From Polyangiales bacterium (GTDB lineage Bacteria; Myxococcota_A; Polyangia; Polyangiales; Polyangiaceae), in NCBI GenBank assembly GCA_038230375.1, contig JBBRNJ010000018.1, forward strand, positions 1-64,000: DNA of 64,000 bases, read 5' to 3'. Under the pieces are notes generated by a model that was not told where the DNA came from, did no database searches, and saw only the letters and a program-made list of their open reading frames with translations. Positions within the stretch are counted from its first letter, which is position 1. The number at the start of each line of letters is the position of its first letter. Shown in pieces: positions 31,952 to 42,198 of the stretch. A program made the position numbers and the translations under genes.

Positions 31952-32713
31952 GTGGATTGCGAAGAAGCACGTCGGAGGATGATGGAGGGTAGGCGAGGCC
32001 GACTCACGTCCATCGCTCGTGCAGATCTCGAGGGTCACGTGAAGGGCTGCGATGCCTGCAAGCACGAGGAGGCGATCGACTCCGTGCTCGACGTGGCGCT
32101 CTCCAAGCTCACCGCGGAGCCAGCTGCGGCAGACGCAGTGAAGGGCGCGCGGTTGCCGCCGCTTCGCTCCCGTCTGGACGCTGCCCACGCCGAGGTACGC
32201 ACCAGCGTGCGGCGCCGCATGTTCTGGGGTCTCTTCGGGCTCACGGCGCTCGGCGTTGCGGTCGTGCTCTTCCCGCGCGGCTACGTCGAGACGGACCCGC
32301 TCGTGCGCGAGGCCGTGAACGATCACGTCCGCGTGCTCACGGCAAAGGCGCCGGTAGAGGCGGCGGGCGACTCCGTCGAGAAGGTCTTGCCGCAGCTCGC
32401 GGGTCGCCTGGACTTCGCGCCAGCGAACGCGTTCGGCGGTGACGGTGAGACCAGGCTCACAGGCGCGAGCGTGGCGTACTTCATCGACCGAAACGCGGCT
32501 GCGTTCATCTACCAGCGCGAGACGCACACCGTGACGGTGCTGGTCTTCCGCGCCGATGGTCTTCCGTGGCGCGGCAACGGTTCACGCTACGCCGTCACGA
32601 AGCAGGGCTATCGCGCAGTCCTCTTTCGCCACGCAGACCTTGGCTACGCGGTCGTGTCCGACCTCTCGGAGGCGGCGCTGATCAGCATCGCAGCGAAGGT
32701 CGACTCGCCGTAG
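31952..32713 (+). CDS. Membrane anti-sigma factor (zf-HC2 type)
   Basis: Start GTG (VDCEEARR); HVKGCDAC zinc motif, one TM, periplasmic domain EAVNDH..LAGRLDF..YAVVSDL. Confidence 0.82.
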   Translation: MDCEEARRRMMEGRRGRLTSIARADLEGHVKGCDACKHEEAIDSVLDVALSKLTAEPAAADAVKGARLPPLRSRLDAAHAEVRTSVRRRMFWGLFGLTALGVAVVLFPRGYVETDPLVREAVNDHVRVLTAKAPVEAAGDSVEKVLPQLAGRLDFAPANAFGGDGETRLTGASVAYFIDRNAAAFIYQRETHTVTVLVFRADGLPWRGNGSRYAVTKQGYRAVLFRHADLGYAVVSDLSEAALISIAAKVDSP

Positions 32714-32730
32714 CGAGGGAGCGGAAGGCT

Positions 32731-33927
32731 TCAGGGACCGGCCGCGATCCATTCCTGAAAGCGCATCAGGCCGCCCGTGTCGACCTTGTGCGAGACGATG
32801 GGCGGCATCTGCTCCACGCTCACTGGAAGGACGCGATTCCCCGCGAGGATGAACACGCCGGATGTCGATGGGTCACCAGAGGTGATGCGGTTCGGTGTGG
32901 CGCCGTCGAGCGCGCCCGCATCGGCAAGGACGTGGCTCATGGGCACGCCAACGGTCGTGACGTACGAGTCCAGCATGTTCACGGGCGTGGGCGTGAGCGT
33001 CAGGACGTCGCTCGCGTGTAGGCGCAGGAACATCCCGGTGAACGCGGCGGGCGCGGTCGGGCGGTTGTTGTGGCAGGTGGTACCGCAGTTCGCGTGCATC
33101 ACGCCCAGCGCGAGCGTCGCGAAGTTGGTCGCGTCGTTGGCGATCTGGCCCTGCGTGATGGCCGGTGGGTTCGTGAGCAGGTTGGCGGTCTTGAGCGAGT
33201 CGAGCGTCACGCCCGTGGCGGCGGCCAACGAGAGGCTCACGGCCTCGACGCCGAGCAGCGTGTCCGACGCGCCGTCGTGGCAGGCCGCGCACAGGAACTG
33301 CTTGGGGACCTCGTAGTTGTCAGTGCCCGGGACCGGGAAGAGACCGTCGTCCTTCCGGATGGCGTCACTGTCGGTCGCGTCCCAGAGGTAGGTGGTCTTC
33401 TGCCAGTTCGATGCGGACACCTTCTCGAGGAGGCGCGTCTCGACACGCTTGCCTGCGACCTTGAACTCCTTCCACGCCCTGGTGCCGATCGGGAACTTCC
33501 AGTTGTCCATGTCCGTCGTGTCGATCTGCTGGCCCGCGGGCAGGGAGAGCCAGCGCGACTTGTCGGCGCCGTCGCTCCAGAACGTGAGCGCGGGCTCGTA
33601 GGGCTTCGCGATGAGCGCGACCTTCTTCATGCCGATGTCGTCGTACAGGCCGGTGCAGGAGAGATGCGTGTAGATTCCACTTACTTTGTCCGCGGCGCAT
33701 CCGCCGCCGTCCTTGCCCGCGTCGAAGGCCGTCCCTGCGTCGTGCGCGCCCGAGTCCACGCCCATGCTGCCATCGTTGGTGCCGCCCGTGTCGGCGCTGG
33801 CGTCCTTCTGTCCAGAAGAGGAGTCGTCGCTACTGCACGCAGCGTACGTCGACGCGCTCACAAGGGCCGAGATCAGCAGGAACGCCCTTCGAGGCCAGGA
33901 ACCACGCCCGCTGTCAAAGCTACGCAT
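32731..33927 (-). CDS. SO2930-like c-type cytochrome lipoprotein
   Basis: TYAAC lipobox; [37 protein letters not shown]. Confidence 0.8.
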   Translation of the reverse strand: MRSFDSGRGSWPRRAFLLISALVSASTYAACSSDDSSSGQKDASADTGGTNDGSMGVDSGAHDAGTAFDAGKDGGGCAADKVSGIYTHLSCTGLYDDIGMKKVALIAKPYEPALTFWSDGADKSRWLSLPAGQQIDTTDMDNWKFPIGTRAWKEFKVAGKRVETRLLEKVSASNWQKTTYLWDATDSDAIRKDDGLFPVPGTDNYEVPKQFLCAACHDGASDTLLGVEAVSLSLAAATGVTLDSLKTANLLTNPPAITQGQIANDATNFATLALGVMHANCGTTCHNNRPTAPAAFTGMFLRLHASDVLTLTPTPVNMLDSYVTTVGVPMSHVLADAGALDGATPNRITSGDPSTSGVFILAGNRVLPVSVEQMPPIVSHKVDTGGLMRFQEWIAAGP

Positions 33928-33989
33928 GCCGCGATCATACCGTGGGACACTCCTTCACGCATCCGGGCCTTTCGGATATGGAGATGTCC

Positions 33990-34487
33990 ATGGCGGCGCT
34001 GGTCGGAGTGATCATGGGCTCTCGTTCCGACTGGGAAACCATGCAGCATGCATGTGACACCCTGTCGTCCCTCGGCATCGCGCACGAGGCGAAGGTGGTC
34101 TCCGCGCACCGCACGCCGGATCTCCTCTTCGCGTACGCGGAGTCTGCGGAGTCGCGTGGGCTCGTCGCCATCATCGCGGGCGCGGGCGGCGCTGCTCACC
34201 TGCCGGGCATGTGCGCGTCGAAGACGCTGGTGCCCGTGCTGGGCGTCCCCGTGGAGTCGAAGGTGCTTCGTGGCGTGGACTCGCTCCTCTCGATCGTGCA
34301 GATGCCTGCGGGCGTCCCGGTGGCCACGTTCGCGATCGGCAAGGCCGGCGCCATCAACGCTGCGCTCTTCGCCGCCGAGATGATCGCGCGCACGGACCCC
34401 GGCGTGAAGCAGCGGCTCGTCTTGCATCGCGAGAAGCAGACGGCGAGCGTCCTCGCGGAGTCGCTGCCACCGAAGGAGAGCGCGTGA
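33990..34487 (+). CDS. purE: N5-CAIR mutase
   Basis: [36 protein letters not shown]. Confidence 0.97.
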   Translation: MAALVGVIMGSRSDWETMQHACDTLSSLGIAHEAKVVSAHRTPDLLFAYAESAESRGLVAIIAGAGGAAHLPGMCASKTLVPVLGVPVESKVLRGVDSLLSIVQMPAGVPVATFAIGKAGAINAALFAAEMIARTDPGVKQRLVLHREKQTASVLAESLPPKESA

Positions 34488-35599
34488 CGATCGGCGTCCT
34501 CGGCGGAGGTCAGCTGGGGCGCATGCTTGCGCTCGCTGGTCTGCCCCTCGGGGAGCGCTTCGTGTTCATGGACCCCAGCAAGGAGGCCTGCGCCCGTCAC
34601 GTGGGCGACATGGTGACGGGCTCGTATGACGACGTCGGGCAGCTCGCGGAGCTCGCGCGTCGCAGCGACGTGGTCACGTACGAGTTCGAGAACGTCCCCG
34701 TGGCGTGCGCGCGCTTCCTCTCCGATCGCGTCACCGTGTATCCGCCGGCGCGCGCGCTGGAAGTGAGCCAGGATCGCTTCCTGGAAAAATCGTTCTTCGA
34801 GTCCGTAGGCGTGCCCACGGCGCCATTTGGGCCCGCGGAGACGCGCGAGGAGTTCGACGCGCAGGTGACGCGCATCGGCCTGCCTGCGGTCGTGAAGACG
34901 CGCCGCTTCGGGTACGACGGCAAGGGGCAGGCTGTGCTTCGCACGCCGGAGGACTGCGAAAAGGCATGGGCCGCGCTGGGCGCCGCGCCGCTGATCGTGG
35001 AGGCGTTCGTTCCGTTCGAGCGCGAGGCGTCGATCATCTGCGTGCGCAGCACGAAGGGGGAGACCCGCTTCTACCCGCTGGTCGAGAACGTGCACCGCGC
35101 TGGCATCCTGCGCGCGAGCTTCCCGGCGTCACCGCGGCTCGGCGAATCGCTCACGCGCGACGCGCAGGGGTTCGCCACGAAGGTGCTCGATGCCCTCTCG
35201 TACGTGGGCGTGCTCACGATCGAGTTCTTCGTGAAGGACGGCGCGCTGGTCGCGAACGAGATGGCGCCGCGCGTGCACAACTCGGGGCACTACAGCATAG
35301 AGGGCGCGGAGACGAGCCAGTTCGAGAACCACGTCCGCGCGCTCCTCGGTCTACCGCTGGGCGACACGCGCATGGTGGGCGAGGTCGCGATGCTCAACGC
35401 GATCGGCAAGATGCCTCCGAAGAAGGAGATCCTCGCAGAGGCGGGCGTGCACCTGCACGGCTACGGAAAGGACAGCGCGCCAGGGCGCAAGGTCGGTCAC
35501 GCGACGCTCCGCACGAACACGCGCGCGGAGCTACAGGTGCTGTTCGCGCGCACGCGTCAGTGGTTCGAGCTCGCAGAGGATCTCGAGTTCCCGGGCTAG
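34484..35599 (+). CDS. purK: N5-CAIR synthase
   Basis: GTGA overlap with pur[40 protein letters not shown]. Confidence 0.97.
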   Translation: MTIGVLGGGQLGRMLALAGLPLGERFVFMDPSKEACARHVGDMVTGSYDDVGQLAELARRSDVVTYEFENVPVACARFLSDRVTVYPPARALEVSQDRFLEKSFFESVGVPTAPFGPAETREEFDAQVTRIGLPAVVKTRRFGYDGKGQAVLRTPEDCEKAWAALGAAPLIVEAFVPFEREASIICVRSTKGETRFYPLVENVHRAGILRASFPASPRLGESLTRDAQGFATKVLDALSYVGVLTIEFFVKDGALVANEMAPRVHNSGHYSIEGAETSQFENHVRALLGLPLGDTRMVGEVAMLNAIGKMPPKKEILAEAGVHLHGYGKDSAPGRKVGHATLRTNTRAELQVLFARTRQWFELAEDLEFPG

Positions 35600-35607
35600 C
35601 GAAGGCC

Positions 35608-35653
35608 AAAAAAGAAACGGCCGCGCGATCGCCGTGAGGCGCCACGCGGCCGT
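35608..35653 (-). terminator. Intrinsic terminator of the small minus-strand gene
   Basis: ACGGCCGCG..CGCGGCCGT stem followed by a T-rich run on the minus strand, ~20 bp after the stop at 35673. Confidence 0.75.
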
Positions 35654-35672
35654 CGAGGTGGCTGTGAAGGGC

Positions 35673-35948
35673 CTACTGAGATCCGCCGGCTGCGAGAATG
35701 CGCGTCGCGGTCGCCGCGATGTTCGTGGCGCTGGTCTGGAGCGCCGCAAGGGCAGTGCGGATTTCGGGCGTGATCGGGGGGCCCTGGCTAAGGAATTGCT
35801 CCACCTTCGACATGCGCGTCGCGATCTTGCCCGCGAAGAAGTTCGCCGCAGTCAGTCGCTTGAGGATGCGTGCGGTCTTGTCCGGGGGCGGCGCATCTGC
35901 CGTGTCGTCAGCGCTCAGATCGTTAAGCATGTCCTGGTCGGTCGCCAT
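35673..35948 (-). CDS. Small (91 aa) helical hypothetical protein
   Basis: GGAG RBS 7 nt before MATDQD; own terminator; acidic N-terminus and two amphipathic helices. Confidence 0.65.
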   Translation of the reverse strand: MATDQDMLNDLSADDTADAPPPDKTARILKRLTAANFFAGKIATRMSKVEQFLSQGPPITPEIRTALAALQTSATNIAATATRILAAGGSQ

Positions 35949-36076
35949 ATCGAACTCCATCTTGGTCGCGCAATGCGCGGCCGTCTCTTGTGTGGAACTG
36001 CGTGATCGCCCGGCCCCCTTCGTCGTACAGCACGCTATGGTCCAGCGACGGGGCAGGATGCTAGCATCGCCCGCCG

Positions 36077-38545
36077 ATGGGGGATCACCAAACGGATCGC
36101 CGTCCTGGCGAGGATGAAGACGCTCCGCGCACGATGGCCATCGCCGACGTGGTGCGCACGTGGTGGCGCGACACGGGCGTGTCCGTCCCTGGCGACGCCG
36201 CGCGGCGCGAAGCGACCGCAGCGACGGAGCGACCGCCCCCTCCTCCGCCACCCGTGCGCTTCACGGTGCTCCGTGAGCTCGGGCGCGGCGGCATGGGGCG
36301 CGTGGACGAGGTGTTCGATGCGGTCCTCGGGCGGCCGGTCGCGCAGAAGAGCGTGCTGCCCGGGGCCAGCATGCTCGCGACCACGCTGCTCGTCTCCGAG
36401 GCGCAGACGTGCGCGCAGCTCGAGCACCCGAGCATCGTCCCCGTCTACGATTTCGGGCCGTCTGCCACGGGTCACCCGCAGTACACGATGCGCCGCGTCC
36501 GAGGCCGCACCCTCCGCGAGGTGCTCGACACGACGTCGCTCGAGGCACCCCTCGCGACGCTCGCCCAGCGGCTGGGCGTCCTGCGCCAGGTTTGTCTCGC
36601 GGTCGCGTACGCGCACACGCGCGGGGTGGTCCATCGCGATCTCAAGCCCGACAACATCATCTGTGGCGAGTTCGGGGAGGTCTATGTGCTCGACTGGGGC
36701 ATCGCGCAGCTCGTCGAAGGAAGTGACGTCCAGCGGACCAAGCACGACGACGTGCAGGCCGGGAGCCCCGGATACATGGCTCCGGAGCAGGTGCTCGGTG
36801 GGCGGATCGAGCCCGGCACCGACGTGTTCGCGCTCGGCGCCATGCTCTACGAGATCGTCACGGGAGAGCGCGTGTTCGATGACGCGGACATGCCGAGCAT
36901 CCTCCGCCGCTGCACCACCGGCCTTGAGGCGCCGCCAAGCGTACGCAGCGCCCGCGCGCCTGGCGCGTTCGATTCTCTCGTCGCGCGCTGCCTCGAAAGG
37001 GATGCCGGCGAGCGGCCATCGGCCCGCGACGTCGCGAACGCGATCGATGCGTTCCTCGACGGCGAACGCGCACGCGTCGAGCGTGAAGCGGAGGCGGAGT
37101 CGTTCGCAGCGAACGGGGAGCGGGCGCGTGCAGCCTTCGAGACGCATCGGTCCTCTGCCGAGACCATGCGCAACGAGGCGCAGGCCGCGCTCCGAGAGAT
37201 ACCCGTGTGGTCGGCCGCGGACCAGAAGGCAGAGGCCTGGGATCTTGCCGAGCGCGCAGACGCTATCGCGAGGGACGCCGCCCGCGAACTCGCTCGTGCG
37301 CAGGCGGCCTTCGTCCACGCGCTCGGCCGCGTCCCCATACATGCCCGGGCGCGGCGCGGCCTCACCTCGTTGCACTACCGCCTCTTCGAGTCAGCCGAGG
37401 TGGACGGCGACGCGGATGCAATGGCACAACACCTGGAGTTGGCGCGCGGTTACGATGACGGCGAGTTCGCGCTGGAACTCGCGAACGAAGGGGTTCTCGT
37501 CATTGAGGCGTCCGCGCACGCCACGTTGACCGTTGCGCGCTACGAGAGGAGGGGTCCCCGGCTCGTCGCCTCGGATGCGGTGCCGATCCGAATCGGTGTG
37601 GAAACCGTTCTCCGCGCCGGCTCTTATCTCATCGTTGCTCGCGGCATCGGGCGCGAGGGCGACGAAGTCCGCTATCCGCTCCGGGTCCAGCGCGCGCGTC
37701 TCCATCGGCTGCGTGTGCGAATCCCTGATCGCGGGGAGGTTCCACCAGGGATGGTGTTCATTCCGGGCGGGCCGTTCCGCGCTGCCGTCGACGGCGACGC
37801 GTCAAGACGCAGCGAGAACGCGTTGCCTGACTTTGCGATCGGTCGATTTCCCGTCACGTTCAGCGAGTACACTGGATTTCTCGATGCCATCGGTGCTGAT
37901 TCTATGCGTCGTGTCCGCAGCGGCGACGATGCGTTCGTAGTGCGCAACGCACAGACTGGAGCCTGGAGCCTCACAGCGGACGCGATCGAGGGCGACGGCT
38001 GCGATCGCGTTCCGCGCGGTCGTGAACTCGAGGTGCCCGCCGTCGTCGTGTCCTGGTACGATGCTAGCGCGTACTCGAGGTGGCTCTCCAATCGCGACGG
38101 GATCGCCTATCGGCTGCCGACCGAGATGGAGTGGGAGAAAGCATTCCGTGGAGCGGATGGCAGGCGCTTCGCTATGGGCGACCAACTTGATCCGAGCTTC
38201 GCGAAGCTGCGTGAGTCCCGACCCGAGGCAGCGCAGCCCGAGGTCGTCGGCGCGTTTCCTCTCGACGAGTCCCCTCACGGCGTGCGCGATCTCACGGGCG
38301 GCGCCGGCGACTGGACCTCGACCATGGTCGATGGCGGCGCCCCGCCCAGCCTCGACGACGAGGGGTCTGTCGCCGATGCGCGCCAGGCGATCTGGAGAGG
38401 CGGCTGCTGGTGCACCACGGGGCTCACGACCCGGGCCACTGATTGGGTCTCGAGCCGCGTCCGCTGGGTTGGTTTCCGCACGGCAGTCTCTCTCGACTCG
38501 CGCGGGAGCTCTGAGCTCACCGTCGAGCCCATGCGGAGGAAATAG
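36077..38545 (+). CDS. Bifunctional Ser/Thr kinase / FGE-sulfatase-domain protein
   Basis: LGRGGMG, VAQK, HRDLKPDN, DWG, YMAPE; C-terminal IPGGPF, PVT..EY, RLPTEMEWEKA, RGG.W, GFR; no TM seen. Confidence 0.92.
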   Translation: MGDHQTDRRPGEDEDAPRTMAIADVVRTWWRDTGVSVPGDAARREATAATERPPPPPPPVRFTVLRELGRGGMGRVDEVFDAVLGRPVAQKSVLPGASMLATTLLVSEAQTCAQLEHPSIVPVYDFGPSATGHPQYTMRRVRGRTLREVLDTTSLEAPLATLAQRLGVLRQVCLAVAYAHTRGVVHRDLKPDNIICGEFGEVYVLDWGIAQLVEGSDVQRTKHDDVQAGSPGYMAPEQVLGGRIEPGTDVFALGAMLYEIVTGERVFDDADMPSILRRCTTGLEAPPSVRSARAPGAFDSLVARCLERDAGERPSARDVANAIDAFLDGERARVEREAEAESFAANGERARAAFETHRSSAETMRNEAQAALREIPVWSAADQKAEAWDLAERADAIARDAARELARAQAAFVHALGRVPIHARARRGLTSLHYRLFESAEVDGDADAMAQHLELARGYDDGEFALELANEGVLVIEASAHATLTVARYERRGPRLVASDAVPIRIGVETVLRAGSYLIVARGIGREGDEVRYPLRVQRARLHRLRVRIPDRGEVPPGMVFIPGGPFRAAVDGDASRRSENALPDFAIGRFPVTFSEYTGFLDAIGADSMRRVRSGDDAFVVRNAQTGAWSLTADAIEGDGCDRVPRGRELEVPAVVVSWYDASAYSRWLSNRDGIAYRLPTEMEWEKAFRGADGRRFAMGDQLDPSFAKLRESRPEAAQPEVVGAFPLDESPHGVRDLTGGAGDWTSTMVDGGAPPSLDDEGSVADARQAIWRGGCWCTTGLTTRATDWVSSRVRWVGFRTAVSLDSRGSSELTVEPMRRK

Positions 38546-38554
38546 CTCCGCCGG

Positions 38555-39370
38555 CTAGCGGCTCCCGTGGCTCGACTCGAACGCGCGATGCAGATCTAGG
38601 TCTGGCCCTTCTCGTGTCGCGAGTTCCTTCGCGCTGTAGCCCGAGAAGATGCGCGTCACCGTGATCACCTTCTTCGTGGACGTGAAGGTCGCTCGGAAAT
38701 CCTTCACCGCGATCTGCGGGACGCCGCTCTTCACGCGGATGCGGCGGTACGGGTGCGGTGCGGGGCCGAGCGCGAGCGCTTGCACGAGCGCCGCTCGCAG
38801 ATCGCGACCTCGTGACGACAGCCACTCAAGCGCGGGCTCCACGTCTGCCGCGAAGCGGACCTCCCACGCGCCGATCGGATCCGTAGCGACGCGATCACCG
38901 CCCGCGCCGCTCTCCGCGCGTGCACGCTCGGTCTCCTCGTCCTCCAGCCAGCCTGCGCGCGCGCCTGGGAACGCGTCCGCGTACGGGATGTACGGCTTGA
39001 TGTCGAGCACGGGCGTGCCCTCCAGGATGTCGAGATCCTTCACGTCCAGGCAGAGCCCGCGCACGCCCATGAGCCGCACCACCGTGAGCCCGATGGGATT
39101 GGGCCGGTGCGGTGAGCGCGTCGCGAGCACTCCTCGGCGAACCGAGCTCCGCGGTGGCAGCACCTTCGGCTTCCAGTTCTCGACCTGGTGGAAGTGGAAG
39201 AGGACGATGAGCCGCTCGAAGCCGTCTATGTCGGAGAGCGCGTGCAAGAAGCCGTCGCGCGGATAGAGCTCGATCACGCCCTCTGCCTCGAGCACGGTGC
39301 CCTGTCGCGGAGCCGTGCGCTTCTCCTTCCACGGGGAATGGACGACTCCGATGGGCTCGTAGCTGGGCAT
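38555..39370 (-). CDS. trmO: tRNA t6A37 N6-methyltransferase TrmO (TsaA)
   Basis: Start MPSYEPIG; APRQG, LFHFH, GVLATRSPHRPNPIGL, GTPVLDIKPY. Confidence 0.93.
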   Translation of the reverse strand: MPSYEPIGVVHSPWKEKRTAPRQGTVLEAEGVIELYPRDGFLHALSDIDGFERLIVLFHFHQVENWKPKVLPPRSSVRRGVLATRSPHRPNPIGLTVVRLMGVRGLCLDVKDLDILEGTPVLDIKPYIPYADAFPGARAGWLEDEETERARAESGAGGDRVATDPIGAWEVRFAADVEPALEWLSSRGRDLRAALVQALALGPAPHPYRRIRVKSGVPQIAVKDFRATFTSTKKVITVTRIFSGYSAKELATREGPDLDLHRAFESSHGSR

Positions 39371-39404
39371 GTTCGCTCCGTGCTGGTTATCCTGCCTTCC
39401 ACAC

Positions 39405-40517
39405 GTGGACAAGCGCGTCACCATCGTTCTCCTGATGCTCGCCACCATGCTCGCGGCGCTCGTTGCGTTTCCGCGCGCCGCCGCGGCTCACACGATGGGC
39501 CTGTCGACGGGACGCTACGAGGCCCACGATGCGCGCGTCGACGTGGAGATCGCCGTCGCGCGCGCGGAGCTGCTCGGGAGCTGCGGAAGCCTGGATCTGG
39601 ATCTCGACAGAACCATCTCGCCCGCGGAGCTCGCGAAGAGCCCGGACTGCCTTGGCCTCGCTCAGCGCCTCCTCGTGACCGCGGATGGCGCGCGCTGTGC
39701 TCCTTCGAAGGTCGACGCGGCGCTCACGGAGGCGGATGGCGCGCTCCTCCGGCTCTCCTTCACGTGCCCCGCGCGTCCCGTGCGCTTCGAGATCGACCTT
39801 GGCTGGCTCGCGAAGCTGCCGGCATCCCACAACCACGTGGCGCGCGCGAAGGGGAGGGAAGAGCGCGACCTTCTCCTCGATCCGACCAACACGCGCTTCG
39901 AGATCGAGCCGCCCGCCCCCGCGGCCGACGGCGCACGAAGCAGCACGAGCCCAAGCGCAGAGCGCCCGAACCTGTTCACGCTCGGCGTCACGCACATCCT
40001 CGGGACGAGCGGGCTCGACCACCTCGCGTTCCTGCTGGGCCTCGTGCTGGTGCCTGCTGCGTGGAGCAAGGGGACCGCGCGTGCGCTCTTCTTCGCCATC
40101 ACCGCGTTCTCGGTGGGACACACGGCGTCGCTCGCGCTCGCGATGTCCGGGGCGTTCGTGCCGGACGCGCGCTTCGTGGAGCCGCTCATCGCGATCTCCA
40201 TCGCGTGGGTGGGCGCGGAGAACGCGTTCACGAGCGCGGTGCGACGACGCACGTGGGTCACGCTTCCGTTCGGCTTCGTGCACGGCTTCGGCTTCGCTGC
40301 ATCGCTGCGCGAGGTGATGGGCAGCGGCGTCGGGCTTCCGCTCTTCACGTTCAACCTGGGCGTGGAGGTCGGGCAGGTGGCCGCGGTGCTGCCGATGCTC
40401 GCGCTCACGCTCGGACTCTCCCATGTCGGGCTGCTGGGGCAGTCCGTTCGTCGCGCGCTCAACATCGCTCTCGTTGTTGGCGGCATCGCGCTCGCGCTGG
40501 TACGGCTCGCGTCCTGA
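39405..40517 (+). CDS. HupE/UreJ-family membrane protein
   Basis: Signal ending AAAH; GVTHIL..GLDHLAF, ITAFSVGHT, VEPLIAISI, FGFVHGFGFA, FNLGVEVGQ; start approximate. Confidence 0.9.
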   Translation: MDKRVTIVLLMLATMLAALVAFPRAAAAHTMGLSTGRYEAHDARVDVEIAVARAELLGSCGSLDLDLDRTISPAELAKSPDCLGLAQRLLVTADGARCAPSKVDAALTEADGALLRLSFTCPARPVRFEIDLGWLAKLPASHNHVARAKGREERDLLLDPTNTRFEIEPPAPAADGARSSTSPSAERPNLFTLGVTHILGTSGLDHLAFLLGLVLVPAAWSKGTARALFFAITAFSVGHTASLALAMSGAFVPDARFVEPLIAISIAWVGAENAFTSAVRRRTWVTLPFGFVHGFGFAASLREVMGSGVGLPLFTFNLGVEVGQVAAVLPMLALTLGLSHVGLLGQSVRRALNIALVVGGIALALVRLAS

Positions 40518-40632
40518 CGGCGTGTCGCGCACGCGCGCTCTCTTTGCCAAGTTGGCAGCCACCGCCCCTATCCGAGGAGCCCGCGATCGCCGAAATGGGC
40601 TGAAATCCCAGCTATCCGCGGAAGGATTTGCC

Positions 40633-40647
40633 TGGCACGCGCATTGA
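40633..40647 (+). promoter_or_regulatory. Possible sigma54 -24/-12 promoter
   Basis: TGGCACG-N4-TTGA versus consensus TGGCACG-N4-TTGC, just before the ATG at 40660. Confidence 0.35.
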
Positions 40648-40659
40648 AGGACGACAGGC

Positions 40660-41262
40660 ATGAGGCTCCGTTCCATTGGTCGCAAGCTGACGTACGTGCT
40701 GGTCGGTGCGCTGGGCACGTACGTGGTGGAGCGCGTGCCGGACGCGCCGCCGCCTCGCTACATCAACGTTGACGTGCCAGCGGCGGAGGAGCCATCGCGC
40801 GCTGCCTTCCTGCACCAGATCGCACACCCGCCTCGACCCAGGGTGGATCAGCGGAGACTCCTGGCCGCGTTCGACGGCTCGGGGAGCTCCGAGATGGCGG
40901 TGCGCTGCGCCGATGACGGCTTCGACGTGGTCGAGCTGGGGCCGAACTACCGCGCCGTGCATCGCGCGTTCCTCGACTGCATGCTGGAGGACCAGTCGCA
41001 GCTCATGCGACACACGCGCATCATCCCCGTGCTGCACGATGGGCGCACGACGGGTGTCAGGATGTTCGGCGTCCGCGCTGGTGATGCGCTGTGGAAGCTC
41101 GGCTTCCGCAACGGTGACGAGCTGCGCGACGTGAACGAGTTTGACGTCACCACCCCAGACCACGCGCTCGAGGCCTACGCGCGCCTCCGGAGCTCGCCAG
41201 ACATGTCAGCAGGCATCGTCCGCGGCGGCGTGCCGATGCGCCTACGGTTCGTGATCTGCTGA
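40660..41262 (+). CDS. Protein with GspC-like C-terminal PDZ domain
   Basis: N-terminal anchor; RIIPVLHDG..GVRMFGVR..KLGFRNGD..VN..ALEAYARLR..RGG. Confidence 0.75.
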   Translation: MRLRSIGRKLTYVLVGALGTYVVERVPDAPPPRYINVDVPAAEEPSRAAFLHQIAHPPRPRVDQRRLLAAFDGSGSSEMAVRCADDGFDVVELGPNYRAVHRAFLDCMLEDQSQLMRHTRIIPVLHDGRTTGVRMFGVRAGDALWKLGFRNGDELRDVNEFDVTTPDHALEAYARLRSSPDMSAGIVRGGVPMRLRFVIC

Positions 41263-42198
41263 GCGTCGCGGCTGATTCGGCGAACGGGCAGCGGGGAGCA
41301 CCGAGCGGAAGATCACGGCGGAGAGGATGATCGCGCCTCCGATGAGCGCGTCGCGCGAAGGGCGCTCGCCGGTCGCGAGCAGCACCCACATGGGCGAGAG
41401 CACCGGCTCGATCATCGCGGTGAGAGAGCTCTCGAGCGCCGAGAGCGCGCGCACCGCCACTCCGTACAGCAGATAGGGCACCGCGATCTGCAGCGTGCCC
41501 AGCGCGGCGAGCACGGCCAGCTCCTTCCCCACAGCGGGCGGATCGCTCACCATGAACGGGGACGAAACGGCGGCGGCGATCACGTTGCCCAGGATCATCG
41601 CGAGCATCGGGCTCTCCGGCGATCGCCGTCCCAGCTTCGCGAGCGAGAGCTCCTCGCGCCGGATCGAGAGCGGCAGCCCCGCGAAGCCGAAGCTGGAGAT
41701 GGCGGCGACGATGTTCCCGAGCTTGCCCTCGGCCGAGAGCTCGCCGCGGAAGAAGAGCCCCATGCCGAGCACGCACGCCAACGTGGCTATGAGGTCCCGC
41801 GGGCGGACGCGTTCGCCAAGAAGAGGATGCGAGAGAAGCGCCACGTAGATCGGCGCGGTGTACTGGATGAAGATCGCGTTCGCAGCGGTCGTCTTCTTGG
41901 CCGCCACGCAGAACGAAACGACCATCACGGCGTAGGCCACCGCGCCTGCCCACACGAGCGGACGACGCAGGCACGCGCGAACACCGTCCCACGTGAGCAT
42001 GCGACCAGCGAGCACGGCGACCAGCATGAACGCGGCTGCGAAAGCGCTGCGATAGCCAGCGATGGACATGGCTCCCACGTGCAGGACCTTGACGCCCACG
42101 CCGCCCCCGCTCCACAGCACCGCGGCCATGGCGACGAGCAAGATGCCGGTGGTGCGCGAGACGGGCGCGCCGCGCGACGCGTCAGCTTGGCTCGACAC
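41242..42198 (-). CDS. DMT/EamA-family transporter
   Basis: About 10 TM segments; TTAANAIFIQYTAP, IEPVLSPMW, GERP. Confidence 0.9.
   Translation of the reverse strand: MSSQADASRGAPVSRTTGILLVAMAAVLWSGGGVGVKVLHVGAMSIAGYRSAFAAAFMLVAVLAGRMLTWDGVRACLRRPLVWAGAVAYAVMVVSFCVAAKKTTAANAIFIQYTAPIYVALLSHPLLGERVRPRDLIATLACVLGMGLFFRGELSAEGKLGNIVAAISSFGFAGLPLSIRREELSLAKLGRRSPESPMLAMILGNVIAAAVSSPFMVSDPPAVGKELAVLAALGTLQIAVPYLLYGVAVRALSALESSLTAMIEPVLSPMWVLLATGERPSRDALIGGAIILSAVIFRSVLPAARSPNQPRRSADHEP

Noticed and set aside
38380..38500. DGR variable region at the C-terminus of the FGE (CLec-fold) domain
   Set aside because: No template-repeat copy and no reverse transcriptase seen in the window; the same applies to the 54233 FGE protein
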